Assembly (NCBI GenBank): GCA_964057225.1
Contig: OZ059897.1
Location: 3,286,001 to 3,350,000 of the forward strand
Direction: 5' to 3'
DNA: 64,000 bases
Source: Auanema rhodensis
Taxonomy: Eukaryota > Animalia > Nematoda
A model generated the notes under the pieces. That model searched no databases and had not been told where the DNA came from. It saw only the letters and a list, made by a program, of their open reading frames with translations. The first letter of the stretch is position 1, and the number at the start of each line of letters is the position of its first letter. Both the position numbers and the translations under genes were made by a program. Shown one piece after another: positions 56,501 to 64,000 of this stretch.

Positions 56501-58615
56501 CAATGTAGTATAGTGCATTCGATGCGGATTTTTAAGCTGCGTCGATCTGTGTTATCCGATTTGAGTTAGCTTAAAAATGCACCGAGATATCAACTGATAT
56601 ATGTTCACACTTATATCCTCGATTTTCACCCTGAAGAAATGATTTTTTCGTTGAATAACATTGTCCATCGTCTTCGTCTTGAAAAAAGGAATCTAAAAAC
56701 ATCTACTTTTTGTGAAATTATTTAGAAATTTTTCGGGAAAATTTTTGTCAAAATGTTTTTGGAAGCAATGTTGAGTGTACATGGGAACTCAACATACACT
56801 AATGCATTATTTTTCAAACGATCATAACTAATTTTTGTATAGAGCGTTTCTCAATGTAGTATAGTGCATTCGATGCGGATTTTTAAGCTGCGTTGATCTG
56901 TGTTATCAGATTTGAGTTAACTTAAAAATGCACCGAGATATCAACTGATATAGGTTCACACTTATATCCTCGATTTTCACCCTGAAGAAGTAGTTTTTTC
57001 GTTGAAAAACATTGTCCATCGTCTTCGTCATGAAAAAAGGAATCTAAAAACATCTACTTTTTAAGAAATTATATAGAAATTTTTCGGGAAAATTTTTGTC
57101 AAAATGTTTTTGGAAGCAATGTTGAGTGTACATGGGAACTCAACATACACTAATGCATTATTTTTCAAACGATCATAACTTATTTTTGAATAGAGCGTTT
57201 CTCAATGTAGTATAGTGCTTTCGATGCGGATTTTTAAGCTGCGTCGATCTGTGTTATCAGATTTGAGTTAGCTTAAAAATGCACCGAGATATCAACTGAT
57301 ATATGTTCACACTTATATCCTCGATTTTCACCCTGAAGAAATGATTTTTTCGTTGAATAACATTGTCCATCGTCTTCGTCTTGAAAAAAGGAATCTAAAA
57401 ACATCTACTTTTTGTGAAATTATTTAGAAATTTTTCGGGAAAATTTTTGTCAAAATGTTTTTGGAAGCAATGTTGAGTGTACATGGGAACTCAACATACA
57501 CTAATGCATTATTTTTCAAACGATCATAACTAATTTTTGTAAATAGCGTTTCTCAAGGTAGTATAGTGCATTCGATGCGGATTTTTAAGCTGCGTCGATC
57601 TGTGTTATCAGATTTGAGTTAGCTTAAAAATGCACCGAGATATCAACTGATATATGTTCACACTTATATCCTCGATTTTCAAACTGAAGAATTGATTTTT
57701 TTGTTGAATAACATTGTTCATCGTCTTCGTCTTGAAAAAAGGAATCTAAAAACATCTACTTTTTGTGAAATTATCTAGAAATTTTTCGGGAAAATTTTTG
57801 TCAAAATGTTTTTGGAAGCAATGTTGAGTGTACATGGGAACTCAACATACACTAATGCATTATTTTTCAAACGATCATAACTATTTTCTGTAAATAGCGT
57901 TTCTCAATGTAGTATAGTGCATTCGATGCGGATTTTTAAGCTGCGTTGATCTGTGTTATCAGATTTGAGTTAACTTAAAAATGCACCGAGATATCAACTG
58001 ATATATGTTCACACTTATATCCTCGATTTTCAAACTGAAGAATTGATTTTTTTGTTGAATAACATTGTCCATCGTCTTCGTCTTGAAAAAAGGAATCTAA
58101 AAACATCTACTTTTTGTGAAATTATCTAGAAATTTTTCGGGAAAATTTTTGTCAAAATGTTTTTGGAAGCAATGTTGAGTGTACATGGGAACTCAACATA
58201 CACTAATGCATTATTTTTCAAACGATCATAACTATTTTCTGTAAATAGCGTTTCTCAATGTAGTATAGTGCATTCGATGCGGATTTTTAAGCTGCGTTGA
58301 TCTGTGTTATCAGATTTGAGTTAACTTAAAAATGCACCGAGATATCAACTGATATATGTTCACACTTATATCCTCGATTTTCACCCTGAAGAAATGATTT
58401 TTTCGTTGAATAACATTGTCCATCATCTTCGTCTTGAAAAAAGGAATCTAAAAACATCTACTTTTTGTGAAATTATTTAGAAATTTTTCGGGAAAATTTT
58501 TGTCAAAATGTTTTTGGAAGCAATGTTGAGTGTACATGGGAACTCAACATACACTAATGCATTATTTTTCAAACGATCATAACTAATTTTTGTAAATAGC
58601 GTTTCTCAAGGTAGT

Positions 58616-61600
58616 ATAGTGCATTCGATGCGGATTTTTAAGCTGCGTCGATCTGTGTTATTAGATTTGAGCTAGCTTAAAAATGCACCGAGATATCAAC
58701 TGATATATGTTCACACTTATATCCTCGATTTTCACCCTGAAGAAATGATTTTTTGGTTGAAAAACATTGTCCATCGTCTTCGTCTTGAAAAAAGGAATCT
58801 AAAAACATCTACTTTTTGTGAAATTATTTAGAAATTTTTCGGGAAAATTTTTGTCAAAATGTTTTTGGAAGCAATGTTGAGTGTACATGGGAACTCAACA
58901 TACACTAATGCGTTATTTTTCAAACGATCATAACTTATTTTTGTATAGAGCGTTTCTCAATGTAGTATAGTGCATTCGATGCGGATTTTTAAGCTGCCTC
59001 GATCTGTGTTATCCGATTTGAGCTAGCTTGAAAATGTACCGAGATATCAACTGATATATGTTCACACTTATATCCTCGATTTTCACCCTGAAGAAATGAT
59101 TTTTTGGTTGAAAAACATTGTCCATCGTCTTCGTCTTGAAAAAAGGAATCTAAAAACATCTACTTTTTGTGAAATTATTTAGAAATTTTTCGGGAAAATT
59201 TTTGTCAAAATGTTTTTGGAAGCAATGTTGAGTGTACATGGGAACTCAACATACACTAATGCATTATTTTTCAAACGATCATAACTAATTTTTGTAAATA
59301 GCGTTTCTCGATGTAGTATAGTGCATTCGATGCGGATTTTTAAGCTGCGTTGATCTGTGTTATCAGATTTGAGTTAACTTAAAAATGCACCGAGATATCA
59401 ACTGATATAGGTTCACACTTATATCCTCGATTTTCACCCTGAAGAAATGATTTTTTCGTTGAAAAACATTGTCCATCGTCTTTGTCATGAAAAAAGGAAT
59501 CTAAAAACATCTACTTTTTGTGAAATTATTCAGAAAATTTTCGGGAAAATTTTTGTCAAAATGTTTTTGGAAGCAATGTTGAGTGTACATGGGAACTCAA
59601 CATACACTAATGCATTATTTTTCAAACGATCATAACTAATTTTTGTAAATAGCGTTTCTCAAGGTAGTATAGTGCATTCGATGCGGATTTTTAAGCTGCG
59701 TCGATCTGTGTTATCAGATTTGAGTTAACTTAAAAATGCACCGAGATATCAACTGATATATGTTCACACTTATATCCTCGATTTTCACCCTGAAGAAATG
59801 ATTTTTTCGTTGAAAAAACATTGTCCATCGTCTTTGCCTTGAAAAAAGGAATCTAAAAACATCTACTTTTTGTGAAATTATTTAGAAATTTTTCGGGAAA
59901 ATTTTTGTCAAAATGTTTTTGGAAGCAATGTTGAGTGTACATGGGAACTCAACATACACTAATGCATTATTTTTCAAACGATCATAACTAATTTTTGTAA
60001 ATAGCGTTTCTCGATGTAGTATAGTGCATTCGATGCGGATTTTTAAGCTGCGTCGATCTGTGTTATCAGATTTGAGTTAGCTTAAAAATGCACCGAGATA
60101 TCAACTGATATATGTTCACACTTATTTCCTCGATTTTCACCCTGAAGAAATGATTTTTTCGTTGAAAAAACATTGTCCATCGTCTTTGCCTTGAAAAAAG
60201 GAATCTAAAAACATCTACTTTTTGTGAAATTATTTAGAAATTTTTCGGGAAAATTTTTGTCAAAATGTTTTTGGAAGCAATGTTGAGTGTACATGGGAAC
60301 TCAACATACACTAATGCGTTATTTTTCAAACGATCATAACTTATTTTTGTATAGAGCGTTTCTCAATGTAGTATAGTGCATTCGATGCGGATTTTTAAGC
60401 TGCCTCGATCTGTGTTATCCGATTTGAGCTAGCTTGAAAATGTACCGAGATATCAACTGATATATGTTCACACTTATATCCTCGATTTTCACCCTGAAGA
60501 AATGATTTTTTGGTTGAAAAACATTGTCCATCGTCTTCGTCTTGAAAAAAGGAATCTAAAAACATCTACTTTTTGTGAAATTATTTAGAAATTTTTCGGG
60601 AAAATTTTTGTCAAAATGTTTTTGGAAGCAATGTTGAGTGTACATGGGAACTCAACATACACTAATGCATTATTTTTCAAACGATCATAACTAATTTTTG
60701 TAAATAGCGTTTCTCGATGTAGTATAGTGCATTCGATGCGGATTTTTAAGCTGCGTTGATCTGTGTTATCAGATTTGAGTTAACTTAAAAATGCACCGAG
60801 ATATCAACTGATATAGGTTCACACTTATATCCTCGATTTTCACCCTGAAGAAATGATTTTTTCGTTGAAAAACATTGTCCATCGTCTTTGTCATGAAAAA
60901 AGGAATCTAAAAACATCTACTTTTTGTGAAATTATTCAGAAAATTTTCGGGAAAATTTTTGTCAAAATGTTTTTGGAAGCAATGTTGAGTGTACATGGGA
61001 ACTCAACATACACTAATGCATTATTTTTCAAACGATCATAACTAATTTTTGTAAATAGCGTTTCTCAAGGTAGTATAGTGCATTCGATGCGGATTTTTAA
61101 GCTGCGTCGATCTGTGTTATCAGATTTGAGTTAACTTAAAAATGCACCGAGATATCAACTGATATATGTTCACACTTATATCCTCGATTTTCACCCTGAA
61201 GAAATGATTTTTTCGTTGAAAAAACATTGTCCATCGTCTTTGCCTTGAAAAAAGGAATCTAAAAACATCTACTTTTTGTGAAATTATTTAGAAATTTTTC
61301 GGGAAAATTTTTGTCAAAATGTTTTTGGAAGCAATGTTGGGTGTACATGGGAACTCAACATACACTAATGCATTATTTTTCAAACGATCATAACTAATTT
61401 TTGTATAAAGCGTTTCTTAATGTAGTATAGTGCATTCGATGCGGATTTTTAAGCTGCGTCGATCTGTGTTATCAGATTTGAGTTAGCTTAAAAATGCACC
61501 GAGATATCAACTGATATATGTTCACACTTATATCCTCGATTTTCACCCTGAAGAAATGATTTTTTCGTTGAAAAAACATTGTCCATCGTCTTTGCCTTGA

Positions 61601-64000
61601 AAAAAGGAATCTAAAAACATCTACTTTTTGTGAAATTATTTAGAAATTTTTCGGGAAAATTTTTGTCAAAATGTTTTTGGAAGCAATGTTGAGTGTACAT
61701 GGGAACTCAACATACACTAATGCATTATTTTTCAAACGATCATAACTTATTTTTTTATAGAGCGTTTCTCAATGTAGTATAGTGCATTCGATGCGGATTT
61801 TTAAGCTGCGTCGATCTGTGTTATCCGATTTGAGCTAGCTTGAAAATGTACCGAGATATCAACTGATATATGTTCACACTTATATCCTCGATTTTCACCC
61901 TGAAGAATTTATTTTTTCGTTGAATAACATTGTCCATCGTCTTCGCCTTGAAAGAAGGAATCTAAAAACATCTACTTTTTGTGAAATTATTCAGAAATTT
62001 TTCGGGAAAATTTTTGTCAAAATGTTTTTGGAAGCAATGTTGAGTGTACATGGGAACTCAACATACACTAATGCATTATTTTTCAAACGATCATAACTTA
62101 TTTTTGTATAGAGCGTTTCTCAATGTAGTATAATGCATTCGATGCGGATTTTTAAGCTGCGTCGATCTGTGTTATCAGATTTGAGCTAGCTTAAAAATGC
62201 ACCGAGATATCAACTGATATATGTTCACACTTATATCCTCGATTTTCACCCTGAAGAAATGATTTTTTGGTTGAAAAACATTGTCCATCGTCTTCGTCTT
62301 GAAAAAAGGAATCTAAAAACATCTACTTTTTGTGAAATTATTTGGAAATTTTTCGGGAAAATTTTTGTCAAAATGTTTTTGGAAGCAATGTTGAGTGTAC
62401 ATGGGAACTCAACATACACTAATGCATTATTTTTCAAACGATCATAACTAATTTTTGTATAAAGCGTTTCTTAATGTAGTATAGTGCATTCGATGCGGAT
62501 TTTTAAGCTGCGTCGATCTGTGTTATCAGATTTGAGTTAGCTTAAAAATGCACCGAGATATCAACTGATATATGTTCACACTTATATCCTCGATTTTCAA
62601 CCTGAAGAAATGATTTTTTCGTTGAAAAAACATTGTCCATCGTCTTTGCCTTGAAAAAAGGAATCTAAAAACATCTACTTTTTGTGAAATTATTTAGAAA
62701 TTTTTCGGGAAAATTTTTGTCAAAATGTTTTTGGAAGCAATGTTGAGTGTACATGGGAACTCAACATACACTAATGCATTATTTTTCAAACGATCATAAC
62801 TTATTTTTGTATAGAGCGTTTCTCGATGTAGTATAGTGCATTCGATGCGGATTTTTAAGCTGCGTTGATCTGTGTTATCAGATTTGAGTTAAATTAAAAA
62901 TGCACCGAGATATCAACTGATATAGGTTCACACTTATATCCTCGATTTTCACCCTGAAGAAATGATTTTTTCGTTGAAAAACATTGTCCATCGTCTTTGT
63001 CATGAAAAAAGGAATCTAAAAACATCTACTTTTTGTGAAATTATTCAGAAAATTTTCGGGAAAATTTTTGTCAAAATGTTTTTGGAAGCAATGTTGAGTG
63101 TACATGGGAACTCAACATACACTAATGCATTATTTTTCAAACGATCATAACTAATTTTTGTAAATAGCGTTTCTCAAGGTAGTATAGTGCATTCGATGCG
63201 GATTTTTAAGCTGCGTCGATCTGTGTTATCAGATTTGAGCTAGCTTAAAAATGCACCGAGATATCAACTGATATATGTTCACACTTATATCCTCGATTTT
63301 CACCCTGAAGAAATGATTTTTTGGTTGAAAAACATTGTCCATCGTCTTCGTCTTGAAAAAAGGAATCTAAAAACATCTACTTTTTGTGAAATTATTTAGA
63401 AATTTTTCGGGAAAATTTTTGTCAAAATGTTTTTGGAAGCAATGTTGGGTGTACATGGGAACTCAACATACACTAATGCATTATTTTTCAAACGATCATA
63501 ACTAATTTTTGTATAAAGCGTTTCTTAATGTAGTATAGTGCATTCGATGCGGATTTTTAAGCTGCGTCGATCTGTGTTATCAGATTTGAGTTAGCTTAAA
63601 AATGCACCGAGATATCAACTGATATATGTTCACACTTATATCCTCGATTTTCACCCTGAAGAAATGATTTTTTCGTTGAAAAAACATTGTCCATCGTCTT
63701 TGCCTTGAAAAAAGGAATCTAAAAACATCTACTTTTTGTGAAATTATTTAGAAATTTTTCGGGAAAATTTTTGTCAAAATGTTTTTGGAAGCAATGTTGA
63801 GTGTACATGGGAACTCAACATACACTAATGCATTATTTTTCAAACGATCATAACTTATTTTTGTATAGAGCCTTTCTCAATGTAGTATAGTGCATTCGAT
63901 GCGGATTTTTAAGCTGCGTCGATCTGTGTTATCCGATTTGAGCTAGCTTGAAAATGTACCGAGATATCAACTGATATATGTTCACACTTATATCCTCGAT
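58616..64000. repeat. Distinct, more heterogeneous subfamily of the same 351-bp satellite
   Basis: Variants not seen upstream: m57 T>C (first at 58672), m140 C>G (58755), m32 G>C, m64 A>G with m71 C>T, +A in the m145-149 run, m214 T>C with m220 T>A, and m345 A>G. Confidence 0.85.

Larger units (their letters stand above)
1..64000. repeat. Tandem satellite DNA array, 351-bp monomer, about 182.3 head-to-tail copies, extending beyond both window edges
   Basis: ATAGTGCATTCGATGCGG recurs at 1, 352, 703, 1054 and onward to 63887. There are 182 full units with a net +4 bp: four 1-bp losses near 7007, 13324, 16833 and 45100, and eight 1-bp A-run gains. Copies differ by only a few percent, and no inversion or foreign insert was seen. 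Confidence 0.99.

Noticed and set aside
59447-63150. Five 62-63 aa ORFs in the track as protein-coding genes
   Set aside because: They are translations of the satellite monomer after chance stop loss, overlap on both strands at 62246-62447, have low-complexity composition, and are interrupted in the other ~178 copies.
1-64000. CRISPR array or other repeat-spacer system
   Set aside because: There are no unique spacers. The entire 351 bp is repeated, and no cas-like ORFs are present.
1-64000. Monomer variant order as an information-encoding or programmed diversification system
   Set aside because: The order is accounted for by nested tandem duplications, deletions and chimeric junctions. No associated enzyme gene or template cassette is present.
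1-64000. Whole array as a collapsed or synthetic assembly artefact
   Set aside because: Hierarchical shared variants, chimeras and a positional diversity gradient are typical of real arrays. Individual near-identical duplications still need read support.

Overview
The whole 64 kb window is one uninterrupted head-to-tail satellite DNA array. It holds 182 complete copies plus a 114-bp partial copy of a 351-bp AT-rich monomer (about 32% GC by hand count of copy 1). All copies are in the same orientation, and I saw no unique sequence, gene, transposon insertion or CRISPR spacer. The five tracked ORFs are by-products of single stop-codon losses in the monomer. The information lies in the variants. 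A few monomer types (called A-D here, with more types further along) form an irregular higher-order structure built by nested duplications of 3, 4, 6, 7, 8, 10 and 18-21 monomers, some with chimeric junction monomers. Diversity rises from left to right, and a distinct subfamily begins at about 58.6 kb. The monomer is rich in dyad symmetry and has a roughly 100-bp block that is almost invariant. This looks like eukaryotic (peri)centromeric or heterochromatic satellite, possibly invertebrate, but I cannot name the family or host. I found no well-supported novel gene system. The best leads are the invariant dyad-containing block, the long hairpin, the expansion history and a weak, incomplete hammerhead-like motif. 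Monomer positions (m1-m351) refer to copy 1, window 1-351. All comparisons were done by eye.
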